DNA of 64,000 nt from a virus. The DNA lies in IMG/VR virus record IMGVR_UViG_3300021440_000015, positions 56,258-120,257 of that record; one strand, 5' to 3'. The notes under the pieces are model-generated. The model was not told the DNA's origin. It worked only from the letters and a program-made list of their open reading frames with translations, and searched no databases. The translations under genes were made by a program, and so were the position numbers. Shown here one piece after another: positions 40,601 through 50,483 of the stretch; positions within the stretch are counted from its first letter, which is position 1; each line of letters begins with the position of its first letter.

Positions 40601-41104
40601 GTTAGCTTTAGTATTACACACATTAATCCTGGCACAAGCGATATAACTGTACCTGTAAGAGCCAGAGCCTATCAGGCTTCTAATACAAGTAATTTATTTA
40701 GAAGCGATCCGCCAATAAACGTCACACTAAAAGGTGTCGTGCCTAGTTATAATCCTTCGACTTCTGCATCAACGCAACAAAACTTACAGTATTGGTTTTC
40801 GGGTAATAACAGTAATTATGGTAGTTACTGGTATATGTTTACATTTTCAGAACTTGTTAATCTTAATATTTCTGGCGGTCCACCAAATACGACGTTTACT
40901 CTAGATATAGGATACAGATCCGCTAATCCCACTTTTACACTTAATTCAGCTGGTGGTTATTCTGGTTCTTTTGTCAGCAGCCATGCTTCACCAGGACTTG
41001 TGTTATCTTGGACCAATACGGCCAATGTCGTATTTTCAACTGGAGATGCAAGATCTATAAGTTGGGTATCCGCACCTAATTTCCCAGCTGATGGTGGTGG
41101 TTAA
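37670..41104 (+). CDS. Ser/Thr-rich repeat protein with fibronectin-III/Ig-like modules (putative fibre or adhesin)
   Basis: ~100-aa repeats P.I..P...S..F......H..S.W...YYVRVRY...S.WS.P..F.T; 318-nt DNA duplication (39842 and 40160). Confidence 0.7.
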   Translation: MFKTYYPSLVDQSAVPIQKGGTDGVTAIEATDNLSMVTDIMNNKPNGWLAMPAGGIVDPSRLPLGMQSKKVAIYGPLTLVGGVPTEYLITNFDSFDQYVFTDVDGTISRADDIITFIPLISGGVLGYAVNGWRYEFDVTPVTVNKPIIDGLENSTDLGPYQSFTSSPFSVDGGTGTHVSSDWQISESNSFSSILPSSVNASTGNKTSFEVSNLPANKSLFIRVRYNSQIHGVSAWSDPVSFSTRMSYLPETPSITFPVNNATGISSSITVTSTAYVGHGTTSTGMDTMTSAQWEYSADNTFPGANTTSVIKLVDNSPTNLAITGLTANISYYVRVRYLSSLGGAAFSDWSPTVMFTTAVSFKPGAPSITSPSSGAIEQDSNLTITSSAFITTSGDTHQGTSWEVNTNASFSGTSYASVNNSATNKLSLSLVNLPANTTLYARVMHHGVVTGASDWSSPINFRTKTVTINTPSVSGSATVSILTPSFTSTAYALSDPAATLDAHLQSIWEVYAVANPSVIIADSQNSVGSKTAFQVGAGLLSYGTAYAIRVKYIGSLYGESAYSTPFNFSVSSVTVNTPSVLIAAFGGGGGATVNSITPTFTSSAFAQTPTSGGLIHIQSTWEVSDTSSFTNIMSTNTGFVIGGSNTLTSWTVGTGTVNTPMVAGGSYYVRVKHTGTGNIDSQWSTPQAFTVTVGVNSNWTPTVIGNTALVALGATESYRISLDNATVGQTYTYTATANGVSIGSGSITATATTFTLYNATGMSLTIPSQNTTASWNISVIVTNNGVSKTVTTTTQAAVYTNTANWTPTLIGPAGTVALGTAANYNITLNGATVGQTYTYTATANGVSIGSGSIVATAVNNTYSASGISWGVAATNTVANWNIVLSMFNNGVNKSSSTTTTAATYTAPVNITGTTLSISPTTLDPYATANFTVVVNGAPDSLGNIKVQIEGFDGTNWIDLDATYYLKDAPVSGSSTRTVSFSITHINPGTSDITVPVRARAYQASNTSNLFRSDPPINVTLKGVVPSYNPSTSASTQQNLQYWFSGNNSNYGSYWYMFTFSELVNLNISGGPPNTTFTLDIGYRSANPTFTLNSAGGYSGSFVSSHASPGLVLSWTNTANVVFSTGDARSISWVSAPNFPADGGG

Positions 41105-41200
41105 TACATTATCATAACTTAAGTTAACAGAGAGCCTAGGCTCTCTGTTAACTTTTATACCCTATCTTTATAACTTGATATAACTTAACGTAACTTACAA

Positions 41201-41605
41201 ATGAACTTCGGTATCAGAAATTTCAAAGATATAGAAACCACTATTTTTCTCATAGCCTCAGAGTCAGAAGGTAATGAGTACATACTTACCCAAGCTCTTT
41301 TAAATAACAACAGATTTAACTTCTCTGAAAACATTATACTCTGTTATTTAAACTCTAAAGAGTTTTTAAGAAAGTCAGAAGATGGAGATATTCTCTTTCA
41401 CTACTTTCTTTTAAACCAAAACGATAAAGAGATACTAGCTACTTCTTCCACCAAAAGAGGTCTGGCTATTAAGAAACATGAAGTTGTAAATGAAATGAAC
41501 GCATACATGTCTAGACATGTACTGAGTTTTAAAATAGTCAAATCTTTTAACAAATCAGATATTTTATCTAAAATCATAGATAATGAAGATCGTTGCTTTC
41601 ACTGA
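41201..41605 (+). CDS. hypothetical protein
   Basis: 134-aa ORF. Confidence 0.55.
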   Translation: MNFGIRNFKDIETTIFLIASESEGNEYILTQALLNNNRFNFSENIILCYLNSKEFLRKSEDGDILFHYFLLNQNDKEILATSSTKRGLAIKKHEVVNEMNAYMSRHVLSFKIVKSFNKSDILSKIIDNEDRCFH

Positions 41606-41611
41606 GACATC

Positions 41612-42148
41612 ATGCATTTCCTACCTTCAGCCAAAGACTATACCAGACATACTTTAACAATTACACCTGGTCAAACAGTAAGAGATCTATTCACATCCAA
41701 CGGGTACACAGTAGCCAACTTTACCTCTGGTAATATACAAGGCTCCTCAGCTGCTCTTCATGTGGGTACGATGGAAGACAACAATATCTTTTCATTTGTG
41801 CTTACTACAAATGGTTGGGTATGGATACGAGATAGGACTTTAACTAACGGAGAAGTTAAATCTTCTTTGGTTTATGTTTCAGGTACTTTAAAACCTTCTC
41901 ATGTACAAGGTCTGCTTACTTCTAATGTGGGTAAGAGATTTATAGCTGAATGGTGTAAGACTGTGTTGATGAGTGATATAGGTAGTGCGGATATAGATCA
42001 GAAAGAACTTATAGATTACTATCTAGATCTGAATGAACCTGAAAAGTATCTGGGTAGCTCCTTAGAAAGATATGCTTGTGAGCAGGCTTTGCAGTTAATC
42101 AAAGAAGGATATTTATCACAGACACTTTTTGATTGGATAGGTTTGTAA
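41612..42148 (+). CDS. hypothetical protein
   Basis: 178-aa ORF, 6 nt after previous stop. Confidence 0.6.
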   Translation: MHFLPSAKDYTRHTLTITPGQTVRDLFTSNGYTVANFTSGNIQGSSAALHVGTMEDNNIFSFVLTTNGWVWIRDRTLTNGEVKSSLVYVSGTLKPSHVQGLLTSNVGKRFIAEWCKTVLMSDIGSADIDQKELIDYYLDLNEPEKYLGSSLERYACEQALQLIKEGYLSQTLFDWIGL

Positions 42149-42178
42149 ATTTTTACGATCATTTAAACTCTATTTGAC
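42144..42178 (+). promoter_or_regulatory. promoter-like motif, TTGAC variant
   Basis: tgtaaatttttacgatcatttaaactctatttgac. Confidence 0.55.
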
Positions 42179-42208
42179 AATCCTGTCTCAATCAAAAAGG
42201 AAAGTATC

Positions 42209-43450
42209 ATGAAAAACGGAAAAGTTGTTGACAATCAAGGCACTGTTACTTGGTATAAAGACGACCTTTGTCATCGAGAGGATGGACCCGCCATTGAACT
42301 AACAGACGGAACCAAGATATGGTACCGAAACAGTAAATATCATCGGGAAGACGGACCGGCCATTGAACGCGAAGACGGAACCAAGATATGGTACCGTTCA
42401 GGTGAGGTTCATCGAGAAGACGGACCGGCTGCCATACTGTCAAACGGTGATAAATACTGGTACCAACATGGTAAGCGCCATCGTACTGACGGACCTGCTG
42501 TAGAATTTACCGACGGGTGTAAGGAGTGGTGGGTTGATGGTAAAAACGTGTCGCAACAGGAAGCAGAACAAAAAGAGTCTTCTGCCATGACTCGGATTGA
42601 TTACATTGAAGAAGTAGCTGTCGACGACAGACCCATCCCGCGACCAAAGGTCAACATGATGCAGAAACCAGAAGTCTGCGTGGTGTACAACCACTTCAGT
42701 TTGGACGCCATGCTGGCTGCTGCCATCTACAAAAGCAACACGCCAAACTGTGTTGTCTACAGTTCCATTAAGTCTATCCCGACTAACATTGAAAAATATG
42801 TTATCATTGGGATGCGCAAGGTGGAAGGACCTGATGATATCTTGGCTCGCATCTTTGGAAACGTCAAGCTTGACTATCCAGAGAACATGGACTTCTATTG
42901 GGTGGATAACAAAGGTCATGACTATATGTCAGCACCTTCGTTGTTTCACAAGGTGTGTGCTGATCTCATCCCTACAGAAAATGCTTTGTTCTCTGTGATC
43001 GATCAGCTGTCTTACGCAGTTAATCGTATCTATGAGAAAGATCTGACACTGAAGCAACTGGTACTCTTGTACACCAACATGAAACTGGCCGAAGCTTCGA
43101 TTGTTTCACCCAATCGGAAGTTCAAACCGCGTTACGTGATTGATGAGCAAGGGAATCTGCGCGAGTCCGATGTTGAAAATTTCCGAGACTATGTGCGATT
43201 TATTCAACACAAAGTCAACGGCAGTATCAACACTAAATACTTCCGTGCACACGGTCGTACCTTCAAGACCATCCTCACTAACATGACGGATGATTACTTC
43301 TGGTCCATGCGCTTGATTCGTCTTGCTCATGAACACGTTGTAAACTTGGCTATTACCCCTCGTGGGTATGTGGTGGACTCCACCATCGGTGACGAGGACT
43401 ACAAGTCCATCGAACTCCAGATAGATCTCATGAAAGCTGAGATGTTTTAA
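42209..43450 (+). CDS. HREDGPA-repeat protein fused to a degenerate DHH-like domain
   Basis: Four 23-aa repeats H-R-E/T-DGPA (69-nt period); VVYNHFSLDAMLAAAI resembles a DHH N-terminus. Confidence 0.65.
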   Translation: MKNGKVVDNQGTVTWYKDDLCHREDGPAIELTDGTKIWYRNSKYHREDGPAIEREDGTKIWYRSGEVHREDGPAAILSNGDKYWYQHGKRHRTDGPAVEFTDGCKEWWVDGKNVSQQEAEQKESSAMTRIDYIEEVAVDDRPIPRPKVNMMQKPEVCVVYNHFSLDAMLAAAIYKSNTPNCVVYSSIKSIPTNIEKYVIIGMRKVEGPDDILARIFGNVKLDYPENMDFYWVDNKGHDYMSAPSLFHKVCADLIPTENALFSVIDQLSYAVNRIYEKDLTLKQLVLLYTNMKLAEASIVSPNRKFKPRYVIDEQGNLRESDVENFRDYVRFIQHKVNGSINTKYFRAHGRTFKTILTNMTDDYFWSMRLIRLAHEHVVNLAITPRGYVVDSTIGDEDYKSIELQIDLMKAEMF

Positions 43451-43503
43451 AAGTTAAGCACATAGCTCTACTCACCCCAAAAGGGTGAGTAGAGTCTTGT
43501 GTT

Positions 43504-45636
43504 TTATATTTTTTTGTATCTTTTACTATCTCTGATGTTTTGTATCAATTCATCCACAGACAGAACTTTCTTATCCTCATCGGTAAGGCTTACAGCCAGA
43601 TGTCTTAGCTTCTGTTCTAAGCGATGGATAATGTACGGATCTTTTTCTTTTCGGATCTCATCCACTATGTTCTCGATAGATATACGAAGCTGAGCTTGCT
43701 GATGCTGTTGCCTTAACTTAGCTGGATCGTTGTCCTGATTATTTTGTCTGTTGTCTATAAGGATATCTTTGGGGTTCATACCGTAGTAGGATAACCCTGT
43801 ACCCTTACTGATAAGCCAGAATGACAATATCCAGGTGATAACCAAGTCGTCATGTGAACCATCAGCATGATCCACCCTACCGTTTTTAATAACCAAAGAC
43901 AACATCTGATCTATCAACATCACATCCCGTACGCTATCAGCCGTAAGTCTGGTAGCGTTTTGTAAGGTGTTGCTATACAGATCAGATCTGCTTGTCATCC
44001 CAGAAGATGAGGTAGCGAAACCAAAATCTTTCTTATGTTCTATAAGTAGATCTGGTAAAGCCAATAGGTTATACCTTAACAACGTCTCTATGCGGTTTAA
44101 CGGACCAGGGTTTTCCACAGACATCTGCACTACTTTGTTATAGAGTCTCTTAAAAGGGTTTATTCCCTTACCTGGTAACATCAATAGCAAGTAATCTATA
44201 ATAGCAGATCCAGAAGATCTTCTTTCTATAATGCAAGTGAAGTTCTCAAACCGAACAAACCACTCCACCAACCATTGAGCAAATAGTATCAGGTTGGTCT
44301 CATTGTAGTTACCTACAGCTACTACCTCACCTGTCTGCACATCTCTCATGGTAAGAGCTATATCATCTCCACCAGCTGCATCACTGGTATCAAGAGCCAT
44401 AGAGTAATGACCTCTAGCCATCCTCATGTTGATTTCATTCTCAGGTATATACCACCTGGTGATGTAACCAAACTTACTAGACATCTCACTGTAGTAATCT
44501 AATCTCTGAGAGTTTCTTATTTTCTCAGATTGCTCCACTGTAAAAGGAGAAGTGATGCTACCAGATGTCCATTTGTTAAAGAAGTCTCTGTCAGCATCCT
44601 CACCTTTAGCACCAGTGATCTCAAGAGTCTCTCTTAACCAATCATCTGTATAACCTAACTGTCTATGACTAAACGTACAGTTAACACGAGCTTCTCCCTT
44701 AGGAGAGTTCTTTCTAACTGTTCTGTATAGATCATCTATGTTTACACAATCCAATAACTTCTCAGACCATAAAGCACTACCAGCCATTAGCTCATGAGCG
44801 TACTTACCATCAGGATCGTCTTTTTTACCAGCTGTTGTGGTAAATACGTTTCCGTAAGGTTCATGTTTTCTTTTAGCCAAAGCACGAGCAGCTGTGGTAG
44901 AAGCCAAAGCTGCTGGTAAAGTAATACCTACGTTGTATAAGAAAGCGATCTCATCTACTTTAAAAATAGGTGATGTAAGACCACGACCTACGTTCAAAGC
45001 AGCTTTAGGCGACTTGTTAGGTAAATGACCTTCATAGGAGTTGTCCAGATTACCGACTATTAACTTATCAGTGTTGGCTATATCACCTTTCTTACGCATG
45101 TTAAGATAGAAAGGTAGTTCATCTATGATGTCTTTAAGACGTATCAAGTTAGCTGATCTGAGCTTATCGTCTTTGGTAAGTAGATTAATCTTACCATGAG
45201 TCATGCCTATGTTCAACAAATAAGCATCTAGTACGTCAGAAGAGAAAGACTTACCTGTTTGACGAGGTTGTATCAAGAATAGAGTCATGTGGTTAAAGAA
45301 CAACCACGGTAAAGCTATGCCACCTCTATTGGCTCTGTAAACGATAGGATCATCTACTGCACCGCCAGGCGCTCTGGCTATCTCTCTTAAGTAGTACCAA
45401 TAGTTACTCTTACATTCAAAAAGTATATCAGCCATTATCTCTACAGTCAAACTACTGTAGTCGTATGGATCTATACCTTGTAATCTTGGGTTATGTAAAG
45501 CCAAAGGGAAGGCATGGTTTTTAACACCCATGTCTCTATACATGGCAGCCATTCTAACAAAGGACTTGTTGTTTGTTCTGTCATCTACGATAGCGTCTGG
45601 ATAACTTTTCCAGTCATCAGCAAAAAGTATGGTCAT
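43504..45636 (-). CDS. terL: terminase large subunit
   Basis: Walker A PRQTGKS, Walker B FKVDE, TTTAG, nuclease ALDTS, IERRSSG, HDD. Confidence 0.9.
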   Translation of the reverse strand: MTILFADDWKSYPDAIVDDRTNNKSFVRMAAMYRDMGVKNHAFPLALHNPRLQGIDPYDYSSLTVEIMADILFECKSNYWYYLREIARAPGGAVDDPIVYRANRGGIALPWLFFNHMTLFLIQPRQTGKSFSSDVLDAYLLNIGMTHGKINLLTKDDKLRSANLIRLKDIIDELPFYLNMRKKGDIANTDKLIVGNLDNSYEGHLPNKSPKAALNVGRGLTSPIFKVDEIAFLYNVGITLPAALASTTAARALAKRKHEPYGNVFTTTAGKKDDPDGKYAHELMAGSALWSEKLLDCVNIDDLYRTVRKNSPKGEARVNCTFSHRQLGYTDDWLRETLEITGAKGEDADRDFFNKWTSGSITSPFTVEQSEKIRNSQRLDYYSEMSSKFGYITRWYIPENEINMRMARGHYSMALDTSDAAGGDDIALTMRDVQTGEVVAVGNYNETNLILFAQWLVEWFVRFENFTCIIERRSSGSAIIDYLLLMLPGKGINPFKRLYNKVVQMSVENPGPLNRIETLLRYNLLALPDLLIEHKKDFGFATSSSGMTSRSDLYSNTLQNATRLTADSVRDVMLIDQMLSLVIKNGRVDHADGSHDDLVITWILSFWLISKGTGLSYYGMNPKDILIDNRQNNQDNDPAKLRQQHQQAQLRISIENIVDEIRKEKDPYIIHRLEQKLRHLAVSLTDEDKKVLSVDELIQNIRDSKRYKKI

Positions 45637-45727
45637 TTTTTATGTATCTTTCATAAACATAAAATAAAAATACATAATAAAATACACACCAGCCCTTGTG
45701 AGGCTGGTGTGTATCAAATTGAAACGA

Positions 45728-46138
45728 TCAAGGTATTGTTGGTTTCAGCGCTTGCTTTTGGATCAGGTCTTCGAGAAAGTGAAGATATCGCACCAGAAGG
45801 ATCCTGTGGAGATCGTCTTCAAGAAACTCTGCTATGCTGTCGTATTTAAAGACTACTTTAAGATTGTTAAATTGTCTAAGGTGATTAGGCATGGTGTCAT
45901 CCACCTGCATGCGGATCGAGTAAGCCACATGCTGCACTTCCATCGTAGAGAAATACTTTCTAACATAGTCCGTATATACTTCTTTATAGAAGAAGAATTC
46001 TACTTTTTTCCCACCCACGACCAGGAATTCAGATTTCATGAATTCAGGGCTGACCGGAGTGCGATCTGTGGTATAAAAGCGAATCCCTTTCATACCGACA
46101 TAAATCTTCAATATCTGTCTTTTGAACATTTTGAACAT
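45728..46138 (-). CDS. hypothetical protein
   Basis: GAGGA RBS on the minus strand, co-oriented with neighbours. Confidence 0.6.
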   Translation of the reverse strand: MFKMFKRQILKIYVGMKGIRFYTTDRTPVSPEFMKSEFLVVGGKKVEFFFYKEVYTDYVRKYFSTMEVQHVAYSIRMQVDDTMPNHLRQFNNLKVVFKYDSIAEFLEDDLHRILLVRYLHFLEDLIQKQALKPTIP

Positions 46139-46164
46139 ACGGTCCTCTCTAGATTACCATACGA

Positions 46165-47382
46165 TCAACTATTTCTTCCTATCAAAGCCCTTAAACAGAT
46201 GTAAAGAATCAAAGAAGTGCGAGTAGCCATCATCAAACTTTCAGAGATTTTACTACCAGCAGTCATAGTGACTATCCTACTACCCAATTCTCTAATAGCT
46301 AACAGCTCACTATCTGTGGATCGAGTAGATAAATATAAATTTTTCAGATTAGTCAAGACTTTAGGATAGTCTCTCATGTTGGTGATGTTGTTTTGATGTA
46401 GTAGATGGTAACTATATATAACCACCCTCTGAACAAAATCCTGCATAAGGGTTGCATTTCCACCGACGCTACCTTCATATACATTCTGCAACGTGATAGA
46501 TAACATCTTGTTAGATGTGTTTTTGTTAATACTTACAATAACCTGTACTAAGTTAGGTTTTATAAAACTGTTTCTATCGCTTAGTATCTGAAGCATATAT
46601 CTAACATCCGACTCTACTGATTTTGTTTTATCACGTAAAGTTTCTTCACCATCTGCATCAAGGTATGTACCGCCTGTGGTATTTATTCTACCACCAGACT
46701 CTCTTACAGCCATAAATTCAGCATAGTAGTTTTTAATCATGTCTCTAAATCTACCTTGGCTGTCAGATATAGCATAGACTATACTGTTATCGTCAGTGAA
46801 ATTATATAAGTTTTTCAAATGGATGCTGTTTTTACCTACCATTTCTTCACTTCTATAATCCACTACAGCATGCCAGCTGCCTAATCTTTTAATAAGGTAC
46901 TTATTACTAAGGTTAGCATATGTCATCTGAGCCACATGAGGGTCAGCAGGATATTTAAAGTAATGGCTAAACAAAGCAGCTAAACACCTACAGCAAAAAA
47001 TAACAGCTACGTCATAGGCAGCTCTTTTTTTCCTATCTTCATTTAGTAGGTTAGATCTCAAGAAACCGTGTATAAGATACATACACGTCAAGTTCATGAT
47101 ATCGCCGCCTACTTTGTAGCTGTGATCAATCGTGGTAAGTGATCTTATATCTTCAGTAAGGTCATTTAAGTTAATATCAAGAACTTCTTCATAAAACCTT
47201 CTCAAGTCACTATCTTTAAACCTAACTACATTAACACCTAGAAGATTACCACCAAAGAACTGTAGGTGTTCAGAGTTTTGATTGATGTAACCTATCTGAA
47301 ATCTATAAAGTTTATCAGCTGATTTACTGTCAAACTTAAAATTTGAAAAATTCTTTTGAAAAGCCTCGTAAAGATTCTTCAT
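46165..47382 (-). CDS. conserved jumbo-phage protein
   Basis: 405 aa; FFGGNLLGV..VRF, HYFKYPAD, LSNKYLIK motifs. Confidence 0.65.
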   Translation of the reverse strand: MKNLYEAFQKNFSNFKFDSKSADKLYRFQIGYINQNSEHLQFFGGNLLGVNVVRFKDSDLRRFYEEVLDINLNDLTEDIRSLTTIDHSYKVGGDIMNLTCMYLIHGFLRSNLLNEDRKKRAAYDVAVIFCCRCLAALFSHYFKYPADPHVAQMTYANLSNKYLIKRLGSWHAVVDYRSEEMVGKNSIHLKNLYNFTDDNSIVYAISDSQGRFRDMIKNYYAEFMAVRESGGRINTTGGTYLDADGEETLRDKTKSVESDVRYMLQILSDRNSFIKPNLVQVIVSINKNTSNKMLSITLQNVYEGSVGGNATLMQDFVQRVVIYSYHLLHQNNITNMRDYPKVLTNLKNLYLSTRSTDSELLAIRELGSRIVTMTAGSKISESLMMATRTSLILYICLRALIGRNS

Positions 47383-47909
47383 GTTAAAAGAGCTTTCATA
47401 TTTTTTAAGGCCGTTTCTCTGTCTGATGTCACTGTGACACCCATATCAGTGGCTAAATTTGACAACAGGGTAATCTTTCTATTATAAACTCCACCCTCGA
47501 CAGCTAAAATAACTTTTTTATACTTTTTGCTGTCTAAAGCTAATCTAAGGTCATTACCCATTTTGACTATTTCTCTACCATCTATATGCTCACCATCCAC
47601 AGTAAAAACATACAGATCCTTAACAGCGACATCGTCTTCACTGCTAATTTCACTGCTAATAGTTTCAGGGTCTATCATGTTAGTAATGGACTCTTTACCA
47701 TAAACAAGATTCAAAGCCTCGCTATAAATCTTACTTAATGGACCAGTCATAGTCACGGTTTTGACTTTTTTAACATCGCCAGAAGAATCAACTGATGATG
47801 ATAATTCACTAGAATCAGTATTTACTTGTGAGCTGTTTTGACCGGTAACAGGTTCAGTTGATTCAAACTTACTGTCTTTGGTTATATTAGTTACATTAAA
47901 GATACCCAT
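47379..47909 (-). CDS. hypothetical protein
   Basis: 176 aa; GPLS.IYS.ALN.VY; overlaps downstream start. Confidence 0.65.
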   Translation of the reverse strand: MGIFNVTNITKDSKFESTEPVTGQNSSQVNTDSSELSSSVDSSGDVKKVKTVTMTGPLSKIYSEALNLVYGKESITNMIDPETISSEISSEDDVAVKDLYVFTVDGEHIDGREIVKMGNDLRLALDSKKYKKVILAVEGGVYNRKITLLSNLATDMGVTVTSDRETALKNMKALLT

Positions 47910-48528
47910 GATTGTACACCTATGTTAAGATACTATAATCCAAATTTGCTTTTTACTAGCTTTCATAGCATTGATCCTAATGGTTTTTTGGCTTTAAGTA
48001 AAAAAATATTTTTAGGATCAAGTTATGGGGGACATATTTATAACGACAGCTATAAGGGGCTCTCGCCCCTTATAGCAGCTGTCTAGTATATAACTGGGCT
48101 TTAAGCTTTTCTAGCTATCTTTTCTATTATTAGAAATGGTCGACTTAGGACTGCGACATAATATATAAACGAATGAATAAAAGAATAATAGTTAAATCTC
48201 ATTGGGTAAATGAGATTTAAAAAGTTAAGAAGGAAGAGATATAAAACCTAAGATAACTTAAGATAGTTTTAGAGTATGGATTATCGGTAGTAGCTGATAG
48301 TTTATTTTTTATTTTAGGGAAATAAAAAATAATAAAGATTACACTTACTTAACTATTAAGTATAACAAATCTGGTATCCGCGTTTATAAGGGCGCGATTT
48401 TTCGAGATCGATAGGTCTCATCCAAAGGGCTTTCTAGTTATAGTCAATGACTTAAACTTTATTTGGACTCTGGCTATAATGTGCTTAGGTAGATTTTCTA
48501 ACTAGGTATTAACTTTGAAAGGATATAG

Positions 48529-48999
48529 ATGATTAAGCTGTCCGTATTGTTCAGTCTGTTGATTGCTCTGGCACCTGTAAGTGCCAACAATATCACAGAC
48601 TACATCGACGGTCGCTGCGGTAACAAATGTACTCATGTTGGCAACATGATCCACGAGGCAGTGCAGATAGCCTCAGAATCACATCAGGTAGAACCTAATG
48701 TGATAATCGCAGTGATGCAGGTAGAATCTAACTTTAACCCTAAAGCTCAGAATATGAGTAATAAAGGGTTGATGCAGGTGAACCTGAAGTATCATCGGGA
48801 GAAGTTCAAAGGAACCAACCCTATGAACGTATACGCTAATGTATACGTAGGTACATACATCTTGAAAGAGTGTATGGATAAGCGACGAGGTAATCTAAGC
48901 CTAGCATTAATTTGCTATAATGGCGGTGGTGATCCTCGGTATGTGCGTAAGGTAAAGAAGGTCTTAGCTGATCTCAATCAAAAGAAAGTAACATCATGA
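48529..48999 (+). CDS. soluble lytic transglycosylase with signal peptide
   Basis: VESNFNPKA, GLMQV, ALICYNGG; hydrophobic N-terminus. Confidence 0.85.
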   Translation: MIKLSVLFSLLIALAPVSANNITDYIDGRCGNKCTHVGNMIHEAVQIASESHQVEPNVIIAVMQVESNFNPKAQNMSNKGLMQVNLKYHREKFKGTNPMNVYANVYVGTYILKECMDKRRGNLSLALICYNGGGDPRYVRKVKKVLADLNQKKVTS

Positions 49000-49970
49000 G
49001 CAACAAAACGATCGCTATCTACGGCGCGGGCGGGTTCGGTATCAACATCACCCAACAGTTCCAACGCTTTGCTGGGCAGAAAGATCCTGGTTTTGCCAAG
49101 ATCACTCCTTACTTCATTGACACTAGCAAGTCTAACATGCTGGATGAAGTTCCTGAAAACACTTACTTGTTTGACGGTCTTGACGGTTCTGGTAAATTGC
49201 GTAGTAGTAACTATGCTGTGATCTCTGAACGCTGTAAGGAAATCCTTCACAAGTTCAAGCCAGCTGATGTAAACATCGTCGTACACTCAGCTGCTGGGGG
49301 CAGTGGGAGTACCGCGGGGCCAGTCCTCGTGTCTGAGCTTTTGTCTCGCAACGAGACTGTGATTGTTCTGTTAGGCGGGAGCACTGCTTCCAAGATCGAG
49401 ACTGAGAACACCAAGAAGACTCTCCAGTCGTACGAGGTCATCTCACAAAAGCGTGACAAGCCTGTCATCTGCTTCTATCGTGAGAACACAAAGGACACTC
49501 CTCGTGGTGCGGTGGATAATCAGATGCAAACCGCAGTGGTCATCCTGGCGGCTATCTTCTCTGGTGCTAACCGTGAGTTGGAATCTGCTGACCTGGGTAA
49601 CTGGATCAACTACAACCGTGTGACCAGCTACAGTCCTAAGCTGAACCTGTTGGAGTTCCACTCAGGTACTATCAAGCTGAACAAAGGTCAGTCTTTGATT
49701 TCCCTGGCTACGTTGACAGACGATAACCACGACAGCGGTACTGAGGTACCTGTGGAATATCAGTGTGTGGGCTACGTGTCTCCTGAAGCTCAGAAAGCTA
49801 TCTCTATGGAAATGCCTATCCACGCATCTATCGTGGGTGGTGTGTTCAATGAGACAGTGGCTCGTTTGGAAGCACGTCTGGCTGTCTATGATGAGGCTCG
49901 TGCTGTGGTGGTGGAGAAGTCCATCGTCAAGAACTCTGCTGCATCTACAGATGACGGCTTGATTCTGTAA
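48996..49970 (+). CDS. phuZ: PhuZ phage tubulin
   Basis: YGAGGFGIN, IDTS, DGSGK.R, SAAGGSGS tubulin/FtsZ signature, C-terminal DDGLIL. Confidence 0.9.
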   Translation: MSNKTIAIYGAGGFGINITQQFQRFAGQKDPGFAKITPYFIDTSKSNMLDEVPENTYLFDGLDGSGKLRSSNYAVISERCKEILHKFKPADVNIVVHSAAGGSGSTAGPVLVSELLSRNETVIVLLGGSTASKIETENTKKTLQSYEVISQKRDKPVICFYRENTKDTPRGAVDNQMQTAVVILAAIFSGANRELESADLGNWINYNRVTSYSPKLNLLEFHSGTIKLNKGQSLISLATLTDDNHDSGTEVPVEYQCVGYVSPEAQKAISMEMPIHASIVGGVFNETVARLEARLAVYDEARAVVVEKSIVKNSAASTDDGLIL

Positions 49971-50110
49971 ACATAAATAACACCCTAGCCCAAAAGGCCG
50001 GGGTGTTATTTTTTTGTCTAATTAATACCTTATATAGAGGCTTTTAAAAAGTACTATGACGATACATACTTTGATTGACCCCATCCCCTCAATCAAAGAA
50101 AGAATGTAAC

Positions 50111-50482
50111 ATGGATCTTAAAATTCTAGCTAACTATACAACATACGTGATATCGATAGCTACGATGCGTGTGACGTATACTCAGCTTCTACCTGAGATA
50201 GTACAATCCTATCTTATCCGAATGGATGAATTAGAAGACTTGTTTGACTGGCTGATACAAGAAAGTTTCACTAGCCTTATGCAAGGAAGTCATTACAGAC
50301 TCAGTACTCACTACAGACACGATGTGTTTAGAGTGGTTTACGATAGTCATTTTAAATACACGATGCCTATGTTCTTAAGGGGCAGAATGAGGGATATCAA
50401 TATGTCCCACCCAGGTTCCACAAACTGTCCGTATAAGCTGATGGTTTGTGGGGATGTCTTATTTATTTCAAAAGGAATGTAA
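50111..50482 (+). CDS. hypothetical protein
   Basis: First gene of a packed operon after PhuZ. Confidence 0.6.
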   Translation: MDLKILANYTTYVISIATMRVTYTQLLPEIVQSYLIRMDELEDLFDWLIQESFTSLMQGSHYRLSTHYRHDVFRVVYDSHFKYTMPMFLRGRMRDINMSHPGSTNCPYKLMVCGDVLFISKGM

Positions 50483-50483
50483 C

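Noticed and set aside
42272-42500. 69-nt periodic repeats as a CRISPR array
   Set aside because: In-frame coding repeats without unique spacers; no cas genes in the window.
45514-46204. + strand ORFs of 111 and 168 aa
   Set aside because: They overlap minus-strand genes that are co-oriented with the terminase block and have better RBSs.
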